Shown one piece after another: positions 6,303-15,662 of a stretch of DNA of 58,209 nt. Every line of letters begins with the position of its first letter. Positions within the stretch are counted from its first letter, which is position 1. The stretch comes from a virus (taxonomy: Duplodnaviria; Caudoviricetes). Position numbers and translations under genes: made by a program. The stretch lies in the IMG/VR virus record IMGVR_UViG_3300046739_000338, positions 1 to 58,209 of that record. One strand, 5' to 3'. The notes under the pieces were generated by a model, which saw nothing but the letters and a program-made list of their open reading frames with translations, was not told the DNA's origin and did no database searches.

Positions 6303-7487
6303 ATGAGTGATACTTCCTGGCACGTTCACCTGGACAAATCCGAGCGCGGCTTCCGTCCCACACTCAGTAATGCCGTCGCCGTCCTTCAACACGATCCAGC
6401 CTATGGCCCAGACGTTCTCTGGTATGACGAATTCCTCGATCGCGTCCTCACCCGCATCAATGGCGATGCCCCACGTGAGTGGCGCGACGATGACGACTAT
6501 CGCCTCACCGTCTACATGCAACAAACCATCGGCATCCCGTCCCTCTCGGATATCATCGTCGCCAAAGCCGTCAAGTATGTCGCCCATCAACGCGTGAAGC
6601 ATGTCGTCCGCGATTGGGTGCTGCCACTCCCGTGGGATGGCATCGACCGGGTGGACCATGCCTTCGAAGATTATTGGGGTGTCGACTGCAATGAGACGAT
6701 GCCCTGCGAATATGTCCGCGCCGCCAGTCGCAATCTCTTTCTCGGGATGGTGGCGCGCATCCTGCGGCCTGGCTGTCAACTCGATACGATGGTCGTCTTC
6801 GAAGGCGCCCAAGGCATCGGCAAAACCTCCGCCCTCCGCGTCCTCGGCGGACCGTGGTACGCCCTCGCCCATGAATCCGTCACCCGGAAGGATTTCTTCG
6901 AAGCCCTCCAAGGCAAGTGGGTCATCGAAATCGGCGAACTCGACGCCTTCAGTCGCGCCGAAGTCACCCGCGTCAAAACCGTCATCAGCACGCCGAGTGA
7001 CCGCTTCCGCGCCAGTTACGGCCACCGCGCGAATGACCATCCCCGGCAGTGCATCTTCGCCGGCACGACCAACCACGACGGCTGGGGGGCCGACGAAACG
7101 GGCCTCCGACGGTTTTGGCCCATTCGCTGCGGCGACGTGAACCTCGACGCGCTCGTCGCCTCACGGGATCAACTCTTCGCCGAAGCCCGCATCCTGGTGC
7201 TGGCCGGCGCGGAATGGTGGACGATGCCAGGCATGACACAGGCCATCCAAGCGGACCGCCAAGCCGACGATGCCTGGACCGACCTCATCTTCGCCGGCCT
7301 CGGCCTCGACACCGAAATCACCGTCGCCGAAATCCTCATCCGTATCCTCAAATTCGACGCCGCCCAAATTAACCGTGGTGACGAACTCAGGGTAGGACGA
7401 ATCCTCAGATTAGCGGGGTGGACGAAGAAAAACCTGACCAGAAATCGAAAACAAGCCAAAAGATGGGTAGCACCAGAAAATGGGTAG
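6303..7487 (+). CDS. VapE/virulence-associated-E family P-loop ATPase (replicative helicase-like)
   Basis: GAQGIGKTS Walker A, WVIEIGEL, FAGTTN, DETGLRRFWPI, RDQLFAEA. Confidence 0.88.
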   Translation: MSDTSWHVHLDKSERGFRPTLSNAVAVLQHDPAYGPDVLWYDEFLDRVLTRINGDAPREWRDDDDYRLTVYMQQTIGIPSLSDIIVAKAVKYVAHQRVKHVVRDWVLPLPWDGIDRVDHAFEDYWGVDCNETMPCEYVRAASRNLFLGMVARILRPGCQLDTMVVFEGAQGIGKTSALRVLGGPWYALAHESVTRKDFFEALQGKWVIEIGELDAFSRAEVTRVKTVISTPSDRFRASYGHRANDHPRQCIFAGTTNHDGWGADETGLRRFWPIRCGDVNLDALVASRDQLFAEARILVLAGAEWWTMPGMTQAIQADRQADDAWTDLIFAGLGLDTEITVAEILIRILKFDAAQINRGDELRVGRILRLAGWTKKNLTRNRKQAKRWVAPENG

Positions 7488-7632
7488 ACCAAGGGTAGAC
7501 CGCGTTTTTCGCGTTTCTAGGCCTCTTTTCTACTTACTCTACCCACTACCCTTACCTACCCTATGTGGGTACAACGCACGCGTAACTGTATAAAACTCGA
7601 TCTAGCCAGGGGTAGAGTAGGGTAGAGGGTAG
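7465..7632. repeat. GGGTAG/CTACCC hexamer cluster (candidate replication origin)
   Basis: GGGTAG at 7465, 7482, 7493; CTACCC at 7539, 7546, 7556; GGGTAG at 7610, 7620, 7627. Confidence 0.55.
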
Positions 7633-7695
7633 AACAGCCACGATTCTCATTGACAGCCTAGGTCCCTTCGCCTCACACTCCATGCCAACGCCCCC

Positions 7696-7929
7696 ATGAC
7701 GAAAACCGTCTGCGACCGCTGCGGCACCGATGCCCTCGACACCGTCATGGCCAAAGCCCATATCCGCTACAACGACGAACAGACCACCACTTGGGACCTC
7801 TGCAAAGCCTGCCGTAAAGCCCTCGACAGTGCCCTCGCTGACGCCATGGCGGGCACACAGAAGCCTAAACCCGCAGACCCCAAGGTCCAGGCCACCCCCG
7901 ACGTCAAAGCCGCGCCACGGCCCTCCTGA
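7696..7929 (+). CDS. Small zinc-finger protein
   Basis: CDRCG...WDLCKAC. Confidence 0.65.
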   Translation: MTKTVCDRCGTDALDTVMAKAHIRYNDEQTTTWDLCKACRKALDSALADAMAGTQKPKPADPKVQATPDVKAAPRPS

Positions 7930-7937
7930 GGCCTCCC

Positions 7938-8342
7938 ATGCCTGATGAGCCTGACCCCGTAAAAGAAACCCTTCCGAAAGCCCCCCGGCCCGGAGGCAAG
8001 TTTCGACCCGGCCAAGCCCCAGGCCCCGGCCGCCCCAAAGGCATCCCGAATAAAATCGCGTGGAAACAACGCGAAGTTGCAGCCCTCATCCTCGGCGAAC
8101 CCGGCTCGAAGGCGTTTCAGGAATTCGTCGCGCATGAGCGGGAAGAATGGAAGGCCGGCACGATGCATCCTGGCGTCAAGGTGCTCTGGTTGCACTATCT
8201 GCTTGGTAAGCCCACGGAAACGATTGACGTGCATGGCGAGATTACCAGCATGAAAATCGTGCGTATGACGCTCGATGAACAGACGCTCGCCCACGAGACG
8301 ATGCCCGCCGAATTGCAATCTGAACTCTTGCAGTTGCAATAG
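7938..8342 (+). CDS. terS: Putative terminase small subunit
   Basis: GKFRPGQAPGPGRPKGIPNK motif; immediately upstream of terL. Confidence 0.65.
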   Translation: MPDEPDPVKETLPKAPRPGGKFRPGQAPGPGRPKGIPNKIAWKQREVAALILGEPGSKAFQEFVAHEREEWKAGTMHPGVKVLWLHYLLGKPTETIDVHGEITSMKIVRMTLDEQTLAHETMPAELQSELLQLQ

Positions 8343-8347
8343 GGCAT

Positions 8348-9556
8348 GTGAGCGGCCGCACCCTCGAAATTGTCCTCCCCACGCCGAAGGCGTATCTGCC
8401 GTTGCTCGCACCCCACAAGCGCTATCGCGGCGCGCGGGGTGGGCGCGGCTCGGCGAAGTCGTGGTTTTTCGCTGAACTGATCGTCGATCGCTTTCTCGAA
8501 TATCCCCGTTTACGTGCGGTGTGCGTGCGCGAATTTCAGAAGTCGCTCGAGATGTCGGCGAAGCGGTTGATCGAAGATACGATTGACCGATTGGGCGTGG
8601 GCCAGTTCTTTCGCGTGCTGAATACGCACATTGAAACGCCGGCCGGTGGGGTCATTCTCTTTCAAGGCATGGCGACGCACACCGCCGAATCGATCAAATC
8701 GCTCGAGGGGTTCTCGCTGGCGTGGATTGAAGAAGCGCAGTCGTTATCGCAGCGGTCCCTCGACCTGTTGCGCCCCACGATTCGCGAGGAAGGGTCCGAG
8801 ATTTTCGCCAGCTGGAACCCCGTGGCACCTGACGATCCGATTGAGCAGCTGCTGTGGAGCGACAATCGCCCCGATGACGTTGCGGTCGTGCATACGACGT
8901 ATCAGAATAATCCGTTCTTTCCAGACGTCTTGCGCAAAGAAATGGAATGGGATCGGAAGCGGGATCCTGAGAAGTACGCGCACGTCTGGCTCGGCGGCTA
9001 TGCGACTCGAAGCGAAGCGCGAGTCTTTAAGAACTGGAAGATCGACGAATTTGAGACGCCTGACGATGCCGCGTGCTACTACGGCGCGGACTGGGGCTTC
9101 TCGGTCGATCCGAGTGTACTCGTGCGCTGCTTCATCAAAGGGCGCCAGTTGTTCGTGGATTATGAAGCGTACCAGGTGGGCGTCGAGATCGACCACATTG
9201 GGTCGCTCTTCGACAGGGTGCCCGGTGCTCGTGCATCTGCTATCGTTGCGGATTCAGCGCGTCCCGAAACGATCTCCTACCTGCAACGCAACGGCTTCCC
9301 TCGGATGACGGCGGCGATCAAGGGCAAGGATAGCGTCAAGGAGGGCGTCATCTTCCTCCAGAACTACGATATCGTCGTGCACCCTCGGTGTAAACATACG
9401 ATTGATGAATTCAATGAGTATGCCTATGCGACGGATACGAAGACTCAAAAGATGATCGACCCTCCACGCTTGGCGGACAAGAAGAACCATGTGATCGACT
9501 CGCTGCGCTACGCCGTCGAGAAGCTACGGAAGCCGGCGATGGGCTTGGTGTGGTGA
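8348..9556 (+). CDS. terL: Terminase large subunit (PBSX type)
   Basis: GGRGSAKS Walker A, WIEEA Walker B, ASWNP, GADWGFSVDP, NHVIDSLRY. Confidence 0.96.
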   Translation: MSGRTLEIVLPTPKAYLPLLAPHKRYRGARGGRGSAKSWFFAELIVDRFLEYPRLRAVCVREFQKSLEMSAKRLIEDTIDRLGVGQFFRVLNTHIETPAGGVILFQGMATHTAESIKSLEGFSLAWIEEAQSLSQRSLDLLRPTIREEGSEIFASWNPVAPDDPIEQLLWSDNRPDDVAVVHTTYQNNPFFPDVLRKEMEWDRKRDPEKYAHVWLGGYATRSEARVFKNWKIDEFETPDDAACYYGADWGFSVDPSVLVRCFIKGRQLFVDYEAYQVGVEIDHIGSLFDRVPGARASAIVADSARPETISYLQRNGFPRMTAAIKGKDSVKEGVIFLQNYDIVVHPRCKHTIDEFNEYAYATDTKTQKMIDPPRLADKKNHVIDSLRYAVEKLRKPAMGLVW

Positions 9557-9566
9557 AAAGGATCTG

Positions 9567-10070
9567 ATGCCGAAATACGCACTGCTCGCGTTCGCCTTCC
9601 TCGTCGCGGTCTACGCCTACAGCAGCCCGATGCGCGCGCAAGAGCAGCAGCCGAAGGCGACGCCGACCGGCACGCCCGTGACGCAGGTACCTGGTACGCT
9701 GCCCGTGCTCGTGAAGGATTCGACGCCCGCCGTCGTGACGACCACAGTCCCGTCGCCGGCCTCGCCGTCGCATTATCCCGAGCAGATCATGTGGGCCGCG
9801 GCGATGGCGTATCTGATCGAGTGGCTGAAGAAGCAGACGTGGTTCCCGCTCAGCAAGGCGACGCCGGCGAACCTCCAGGCGACGTTCGGCTTCGTCGTCG
9901 CGCTGCTGACCGCAGCCGGCATTCACATCGCCGTGACGGGCAACCTGCTGAGCGACAGCGGGCTGTCGTTTAGCGTGACGGGGCTGACGGCCGACGCCAT
10001 CAAGGACATCGGCTTTCAGTGGGTGTCGCAGCAAGGCTGGTACGACGCCCTGATCAAGGCGAAGGCATGA
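9567..10070 (+). CDS. Membrane protein with signal peptide (holin-like?)
   Basis: Hydrophobic N-terminus plus two further hydrophobic segments. Confidence 0.55.
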   Translation: MPKYALLAFAFLVAVYAYSSPMRAQEQQPKATPTGTPVTQVPGTLPVLVKDSTPAVVTTTVPSPASPSHYPEQIMWAAAMAYLIEWLKKQTWFPLSKATPANLQATFGFVVALLTAAGIHIAVTGNLLSDSGLSFSVTGLTADAIKDIGFQWVSQQGWYDALIKAKA

Positions 10071-10282
10071 CGCTGACGCGCGGCGAACTGGAATACCTGC
10101 TATTGCTGGCGACGCGCGAGCAGCAGCGGGCGCACGTGCACCAGCACGGCGTGTTGCATCCGGTGCTCTTTGCTCACTGCCAGCACGTCGACTGCGCGTT
10201 CGTGCACGGCATTCACGACCAACTGGCGCGGCTGTCGCGGTTCAAGAAGGGCCAGACGATTGCGATCGAGGGGACGCCATGA
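10067..10282 (+). CDS. His/Cys-rich hypothetical protein
   Basis: ATGA overlaps on both sides; MTLTRGELEYLL. Confidence 0.5.
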   Translation: MTLTRGELEYLLLLATREQQRAHVHQHGVLHPVLFAHCQHVDCAFVHGIHDQLARLSRFKKGQTIAIEGTP

Positions 10283-10602
10283 CCTGGATGTTGTTCATGC
10301 TGCTCGCACAAACCCACGTGAGCCAATTTCAATGGGATCAGGATGGCCCTACCCTCGCCACCGTGAGTGCCTATACGTACAAAATCTACGCCGACGGCGC
10401 AACGACGGGCACGCCGCTGACGCCAGTCGCCTGCACCGGCGCGGCGACGCCGTTTACGTGCACGGTCAGCATGCCGGTATTCTCTCCAGGCAGTCACTCG
10501 GTGGCGCTGACGGCGAGTGATGCGAACGGCGAAAGTCAGAAAGGCGCGCCGCTCGCGTTCAACGTGCCGGCCGCGCCGACGGGGTTTCAGGTCACGCCAT
10601 GA
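10279..10602 (+). CDS. Fibronectin-III/Ig-like protein
   Basis: FQWDQD..YTYKIYADG..PGSHSVALTASDANGES. Confidence 0.55.
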   Translation: MTWMLFMLLAQTHVSQFQWDQDGPTLATVSAYTYKIYADGATTGTPLTPVACTGAATPFTCTVSMPVFSPGSHSVALTASDANGESQKGAPLAFNVPAAPTGFQVTP

Positions 10603-11207
10603 AATTCTTGCTGCTGCTCCTGCTCGCCGCGCCGTTGCAGGCGCAGACGTTCGGCCCGACGGCCAAGTATCAATGGAACATGGCAGCGCCGTCGGCGCCC
10701 GAGGCGCAAGGCTATCCCTACACGATCAAGGACGACGTCGCGACGGTGCGCCCGCTGCCGAACGTCACGTGCACGCAAGGGGCGGGCGTGCAGACGTGCC
10801 AGGCGCCCATCCTGACGTATCCCGACGGCGTGCACACGGCGACGTTGACGTACGTGCTGACGGGTCTGACGTCGCCTCAGTCAAATACGGTGACGTTCAC
10901 GTTTCAGACGCCCGCGACGCAGTGCGGCACGATTTCCGTGCAGACCTACAGCGCGACGGTCGCCGTGGGCACGCAGGGGAACGTCGCGTTTCAGGTGCTG
11001 AACTCCTCGAAACCGATCGTCGACCTGCAGGTGCGCTTCGGGACGCAGGTTGTCGGCGAGCTGCTAGGCACCGACCTGCGCGCGTCGATGGGATTGTACT
11101 TCTCCGTGCCGCGCACGCCGGGGCCGTACAGCTTGACGGTCTACGCAAAGGACAGCATCGGGTGCAGCGTCGTCACGACGGCCGTGCGCACGGTAACGGT
11201 GCAGTGA
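10599..11207 (+). CDS. Ig-like protein with signal peptide
   Basis: MKFLLLLLLAAPLQA; beta-rich, PGPYSLTVYAKD. Confidence 0.6.
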   Translation: MKFLLLLLLAAPLQAQTFGPTAKYQWNMAAPSAPEAQGYPYTIKDDVATVRPLPNVTCTQGAGVQTCQAPILTYPDGVHTATLTYVLTGLTSPQSNTVTFTFQTPATQCGTISVQTYSATVAVGTQGNVAFQVLNSSKPIVDLQVRFGTQVVGELLGTDLRASMGLYFSVPRTPGPYSLTVYAKDSIGCSVVTTAVRTVTVQ

Positions 11208-11323
11208 GCACCATCATCAACATCGGGCAAGTGATCATCCACCCACGCCGGATGACGTGGGCGTTGAAGTCTATCGGTCCTGTTTCAGAACAACCACGCG
11301 TATCTTTTCCTAGAGGTGAGACC

Positions 11324-11650
11324 ATGCTCGTAGTACTGACGAACACGCAGAAAGTTGCAGCAGGTTGGGGATCTCCGGTTGACGCGAAGGGCGATCCGGC
11401 GCAGGTGCAAAACCTGACGTGGAAGACGAGCGACGCGGCGACCGCGACGGCAGAACAGGATCCGGCCGTGCCGTATGGCGTCATCGTGAAGGCCGTGCAC
11501 GCTGGTGCGGCGCAAGTGTGGCCCGAGGCCGACGCGGACCTCGGCGACGGCGTGACGCTCATCACGGGCGACAAGCTGGACGTGACGGTGACGGGCGGGC
11601 AGGCAGTTGGGTTCGGGCCGGTCACGATCGGCACGCCGACCGAGCAGTAG
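11324..11650 (+). CDS. Ig-like putative structural protein
   Basis: GAGGTGAG RBS; PVDAKGDPAQVQNLTWKTSD. Confidence 0.6.
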   Translation: MLVVLTNTQKVAAGWGSPVDAKGDPAQVQNLTWKTSDAATATAEQDPAVPYGVIVKAVHAGAAQVWPEADADLGDGVTLITGDKLDVTVTGGQAVGFGPVTIGTPTEQ

Positions 11651-11651
11651 C

Positions 11652-12263
11652 ATGTCGATGCTGGCGCGAGAAGAACAGGCGAAATACGAGCGCATCTGGG
11701 GCGTGCCGCTCTACGCGCGCAACTCGCCAGGCGAACGCCTCGTGCCAGCGTTCGTCGACATGACGCATCCACACGCCGACGCGACCATCTTGGACGCGGG
11801 ATGCGGGTCCGGCAAGGGTGCCATCGCCCTCCGGGCTCTCGGCTATCACGTGACGATGTGCGACATCACGGACAGCGGCATCGTCGACGAGGCGAAGGGC
11901 ATTCCGTTCTTCCCGGCCATCTTGTGGGAGGACCAGCGTGCGAAGCCGCGCAGGTGGATGAGCAATCGGTGGACGGGCTCGCAGATGTTCGACTACGTCT
12001 ACTGCTGTGACGTGCTCGAGCACATTCCGCCGACGTTCACGATGCTCGTCGTGGCGCGGCTGCTCGAGGTCGCGCGCAAGGGCGTGTTCCTGTCGATCGC
12101 GTTGCAGATGGATGACTTCGGCGCGTGGGCGGGCGAGGCGCTGCATCAGACGATTCAGCCGTATGTGGTGTGGCGCGAGCAACTCAGTGCGCTGGCGTTG
12201 GTCACAGAGTCGCGCGACTTGCTGAACAACGGACTGTTTTATTTGGAGCACAAGCGTGGATAA
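11652..12263 (+). CDS. Class I SAM-dependent methyltransferase
   Basis: ILDAGCGSGKG; FDYVYCCDVLEHI. Confidence 0.9.
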   Translation: MSMLAREEQAKYERIWGVPLYARNSPGERLVPAFVDMTHPHADATILDAGCGSGKGAIALRALGYHVTMCDITDSGIVDEAKGIPFFPAILWEDQRAKPRRWMSNRWTGSQMFDYVYCCDVLEHIPPTFTMLVVARLLEVARKGVFLSIALQMDDFGAWAGEALHQTIQPYVVWREQLSALALVTESRDLLNNGLFYLEHKRG

Positions 12264-12492
12264 TTCAATGCGTGGGATCGCTAATGGAGTCAGTACGCCT
12301 TCGCCCTATCCTGTGTCCGAGTATTCGATCCGCGACGTGATCGACGAGCTGCATCGTCGACTACTCTCCGATGATCGTCTTCAGGACTTGGGACATAGGT
12401 GCGCGTACGAGCACGTAGGCGTGATGTCACTCGTCCTAAGTGACGTGGTGCACGACCTGATGCCGGATCCGTGGGGGCGTCGCCGTGGCTAA
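12256..12492 (+). CDS. Hypothetical protein
   Basis: Fills the gap, overlapping both neighbours. Confidence 0.45.
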   Translation: MDNSMRGIANGVSTPSPYPVSEYSIRDVIDELHRRLLSDDRLQDLGHRCAYEHVGVMSLVLSDVVHDLMPDPWGRRRG

Positions 12493-13381
12493 TAGTTCGA
12501 ACTTAAATGTCATGGTACAAGCCGTCGAGTACCCAGACCAGGTTGTCAAGGACACGATGGCCGGTGGCGTGTTGAACACCGACCACAAGATCATCCTCGA
12601 CAACATCCGCCACGCGATCCGGCAAGGCCATGTGCAGGTGCGCCCGGATTCGCTCAAGACGCAGCGCATCGTGCTGCTCGGCAGCGGCCCGTCGCTGAAC
12701 GAGTCCGAGGACGAGATCCGCAAACTCCTGTGGGAGGGCAACACGACGCTCGTGACGCTGAACGGCGCGTACCACTGGGCCATCGAGCATAAGTTGCGTC
12801 CGAACGTGCAGATCGTGATGGATGCACGAGATACGAACTTCCGGTTCGTACAACCTCCCGTGCCTGAGTGCCGCTATCTCCTAGCTTCGCAGTGCTCACC
12901 CACTGTGTGGAAGGCTGTCGAAGGACGGCCAGGCGTCTGGATCTTCCATGCGGTGATGCGCGAGACGGAGCCCGAACCCACGGCGGTGCTCGACGACTAC
13001 TACCTGGGCAACTGGGTCGGCGTCAACGGCGGCACCTCGGTCGCGACGCGCGCGATGTTCCTGCTCCGCATGCTGGGCTACGTGCAGTACGACCTCTTCG
13101 GCGTCGACTGCTGCTGGAAGGGTAGTGAGCACCATGCGCTGCCGCAGCCGGAGAACGAGGCGGACAAAAAGATCGCGATGAACCTCGACGTGGTCGGCCA
13201 CGAGCCGATCCGCTTCTGGGTGTCGGCCTGGCACCTGAAGCAGTTCGAGGACTTCATGACGATCTTCAAGCTGACGGGCGGCCAACACTGGATGCTCAAC
13301 GTGCACGGCGGCGGGCTGCTCGCGCACGCGATTCGCTTGCTGGGGACCGATACGGACTTTACGCTGACGGAGGCGTCGTGA
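12485..13381 (+). CDS. Maf/MptE-like (DUF115) putative nucleotide-sugar transferase
   Basis: IVLLGSGPSL, TLNGA, VMDA, GGTSVA..LGY..LFGVD. Confidence 0.7.
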   Translation: MANSSNLNVMVQAVEYPDQVVKDTMAGGVLNTDHKIILDNIRHAIRQGHVQVRPDSLKTQRIVLLGSGPSLNESEDEIRKLLWEGNTTLVTLNGAYHWAIEHKLRPNVQIVMDARDTNFRFVQPPVPECRYLLASQCSPTVWKAVEGRPGVWIFHAVMRETEPEPTAVLDDYYLGNWVGVNGGTSVATRAMFLLRMLGYVQYDLFGVDCCWKGSEHHALPQPENEADKKIAMNLDVVGHEPIRFWVSAWHLKQFEDFMTIFKLTGGQHWMLNVHGGGLLAHAIRLLGTDTDFTLTEAS

Positions 13382-13974
13382 GGCAGTTCTCCGACGAGCA
13401 CCGCGCGAAGCTGCGAGCGGCGAAGCTGGCGAATCCGGTGAAGTATTGGGCAGGGAAGACGCGGCCATCGCCGTCAGTCGAGACGCGGGCAAAGATGTCG
13501 GCATCGATCACTGGCATGACGTATCACACTGAGGAATCGAAGGCCAAGCTACGCGCGGCGTTCGTCGGCAAGTCGCGCAGCGAGGAAGTGAAGCGGAAGA
13601 TGCGCGAGGGATGGCAACGTTCTGAATTAAGGCATCAACCGAAGGGCCGTTCGCCGAAGTATCCCAGTTGCTTCCCCTATAAAGGTCTGCTGTTTCGATC
13701 ATCGTGGGAAGTGCGCGTGGCGAAGGCACTCGACGCGCTGGGCGTGCGCTGGGAATATGAACGGACGCGATTCTTGCTAGGGTTGAAAACATATACCCCT
13801 GATTTTTATCTGCCTGATGGCGACTGTTATTGGGAGGTGAAAGGCTGGCGAGGGCCGCGCACAGAGAAGACATTGGCGTTGTTCTATGAGCAGTTTCAAG
13901 GTGTGCGGTTGCTGCTCATTAACGAGGACGCCATGCTCGCGTTGGAGCGGGCAGCATTTGAGAAAACCGCGTAA
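13378..13974 (+). CDS. Homing-type endonuclease: NUMOD3-like repeats plus PD-(D/E)XK domain
   Basis: SVETRAKMS, HTEESKAKL, RSEEVKRKM; FRSSWE..YTPDFYL..EVKG. Confidence 0.8.
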   Translation: MRQFSDEHRAKLRAAKLANPVKYWAGKTRPSPSVETRAKMSASITGMTYHTEESKAKLRAAFVGKSRSEEVKRKMREGWQRSELRHQPKGRSPKYPSCFPYKGLLFRSSWEVRVAKALDALGVRWEYERTRFLLGLKTYTPDFYLPDGDCYWEVKGWRGPRTEKTLALFYEQFQGVRLLLINEDAMLALERAAFEKTA

Positions 13975-13995
13975 CCTATTGAAAAGAGGGGACTT

Positions 13996-14448
13996 ATGGC
14001 CGCGCAGAAATGGAAATTGTATAATAAGGCGATCAACAAGATTTGCAAGGGCACGATGATCATGGGCAACCCGCTGCGCATGGTGCTCGTGACGTCGGCG
14101 AGCAACTTCGCGACAGCGACGTTGTCGCTGCTCGGCTCGCTGACGACGCAGCTCACAGAGGCCAACGGCTACAGTTCGTCTGGCAAGGCGCTGGCGTCGG
14201 AGGGGTTCATCGTCGGCACGTCGGCCGGGCAGTACAAGCTCTCGGCCGCGAATCCCATCTGGACGGCAACAGGCGGCGCGATTGCCTCGATCAAGGCAGC
14301 GGTGCTCGTCATGTCGGGCGCGGCGGCGGGCTCGATGCACCTGCTGGCGTACGCCTCGCTGACGTCGACGCAGTTCACGTTGGCGCAGAACAACACGCTC
14401 ACGATCCAATTTAACGCAGCCGGAATCTTCACTGCAGCGAACGGCTGA
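13996..14448 (+). CDS. Putative virion structural protein
   Basis: Strong RBS; beta-rich, ends FTLAQNNTLTIQFNAAGIFT. Confidence 0.65.
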   Translation: MAAQKWKLYNKAINKICKGTMIMGNPLRMVLVTSASNFATATLSLLGSLTTQLTEANGYSSSGKALASEGFIVGTSAGQYKLSAANPIWTATGGAIASIKAAVLVMSGAAAGSMHLLAYASLTSTQFTLAQNNTLTIQFNAAGIFTAANG

Positions 14449-14559
14449 GTTAATTTATTAGATTGTGTTGGCTAAAGTCGTCCTGTTCTGTGCGCTCATC
14501 GGCGTCGGCATCACATTCGCCGCGTGGTGCCTGCTGCTGATGGTCGTCTGGGTGGATCG

Positions 14560-14907
14560 ATGAAGCTCGTGATCCGTCTCCTCGATGGTGACGGCAAGCT
14601 CCTCGGCTGGACCGAGCACGCGCCGCTGCTGCTCGGCGACGGCACGCTGCGGGCGTCCTCGAACATCGTGATTCCGGTCGACGAGGCGGGCGTCACCGCG
14701 TTCGTCTCGACGCACTGGTGCGACGTGAACGTCGAGACGCGCGTCCATGCGGGCACGTTCACTGTCGTCCCCGGCGCCCAGTTCGCCTGGGCGCGCTACA
14801 AGGACATGCTCGTGGTGTGCGGGCAGATGCCGGTCAACTTGCCGCCCGTGACGGTGAAGAGCCACACGGTGATCGCGGTCCCCGTCGGGTCGATGGTGAG
14901 TGGCTGA
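14560..14907 (+). CDS. Hypothetical protein
   Basis: MKLVIRLLDGDGKLLGW; coupled to the next gene. Confidence 0.55.
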   Translation: MKLVIRLLDGDGKLLGWTEHAPLLLGDGTLRASSNIVIPVDEAGVTAFVSTHWCDVNVETRVHAGTFTVVPGAQFAWARYKDMLVVCGQMPVNLPPVTVKSHTVIAVPVGSMVSG

Positions 14908-15662
14908 TGCCGAGGGTCAAGATCCAGAATCGCCTCGGCCTCTTGACGCCCGTCTATCCGAGCGGGCTCAAGAGTCATTGGGTGGCGTTCGACCGGGCCG
15001 GCGCGCCGAACTCCGCACTGCAGTGCTACAGGCCGGGGAACGTGACGGTCAAGGACAGCAACCTGATCCTGACGGCGCAGGTGGAGACGTGCACGTGTGC
15101 CAGCTTCGACCTAGCGAGCGCGAGCTACAGCTATTCGTCGGGCTACGTGGCGATGAACGGGTTCAACTTCCAATATGGTGAGATCGAGGCGCGCATCAAG
15201 TTCGGAGGGGCGCAAAGCTCGGGCTGCTGGCCGGTCTTCTGGATGGAGAATGCCAACTGCCAGGCGAGCGATCCGACGGGGACCGACGACACGTGCACGG
15301 GCGAAGAGATCGACATCGCGGAGATCCTGAGCAGCGACTATACGCTGATCAACCAGCAGATGCACGTCGGCGCGCACAACGACCAGAACCTGCAGTCCGG
15401 CATCAGCGATCCGGCTGGCACGTATCACGTCTACCGCCTTGAATGGTCGGCCGGGCAGATGATCTGGAAGATCGACGGGGCGACGACGTTCACCGTGACG
15501 CAAGCCTACATTCCCGCGCTGCCGATGTACGCGAAGTTCATGTACAACGTCGGCTATCAGAACGGTGCGGTGGTCAATGGGTCGCTGCCGTGGCAGATGA
15601 TGATCGACTACGTGACGGTGACACAGAGTGGCGTCACCGTCTTCGGGGATGATTTCACCTAA
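14907..15662 (+). CDS. Glycoside hydrolase family 16 protein
   Basis: FQYGEIEARIK, WPVFW, catalytic EIDIAE, YHVYRLEW, MMIDYV. Confidence 0.9.
   Translation: MPRVKIQNRLGLLTPVYPSGLKSHWVAFDRAGAPNSALQCYRPGNVTVKDSNLILTAQVETCTCASFDLASASYSYSSGYVAMNGFNFQYGEIEARIKFGGAQSSGCWPVFWMENANCQASDPTGTDDTCTGEEIDIAEILSSDYTLINQQMHVGAHNDQNLQSGISDPAGTYHVYRLEWSAGQMIWKIDGATTFTVTQAYIPALPMYAKFMYNVGYQNGAVVNGSLPWQMMIDYVTVTQSGVTVFGDDFT

Noticed and set aside
7650-7679. Late promoter TTGACA-18-CACACT
   Set aside because: The -35 is good but the -10 is weak, so it is not supportable as a feature.
13378-13974. NUMOD3 nuclease as part of an intron or intein
   Set aside because: The flanking genes look intact and it overlaps the upstream stop like a free-standing gene.
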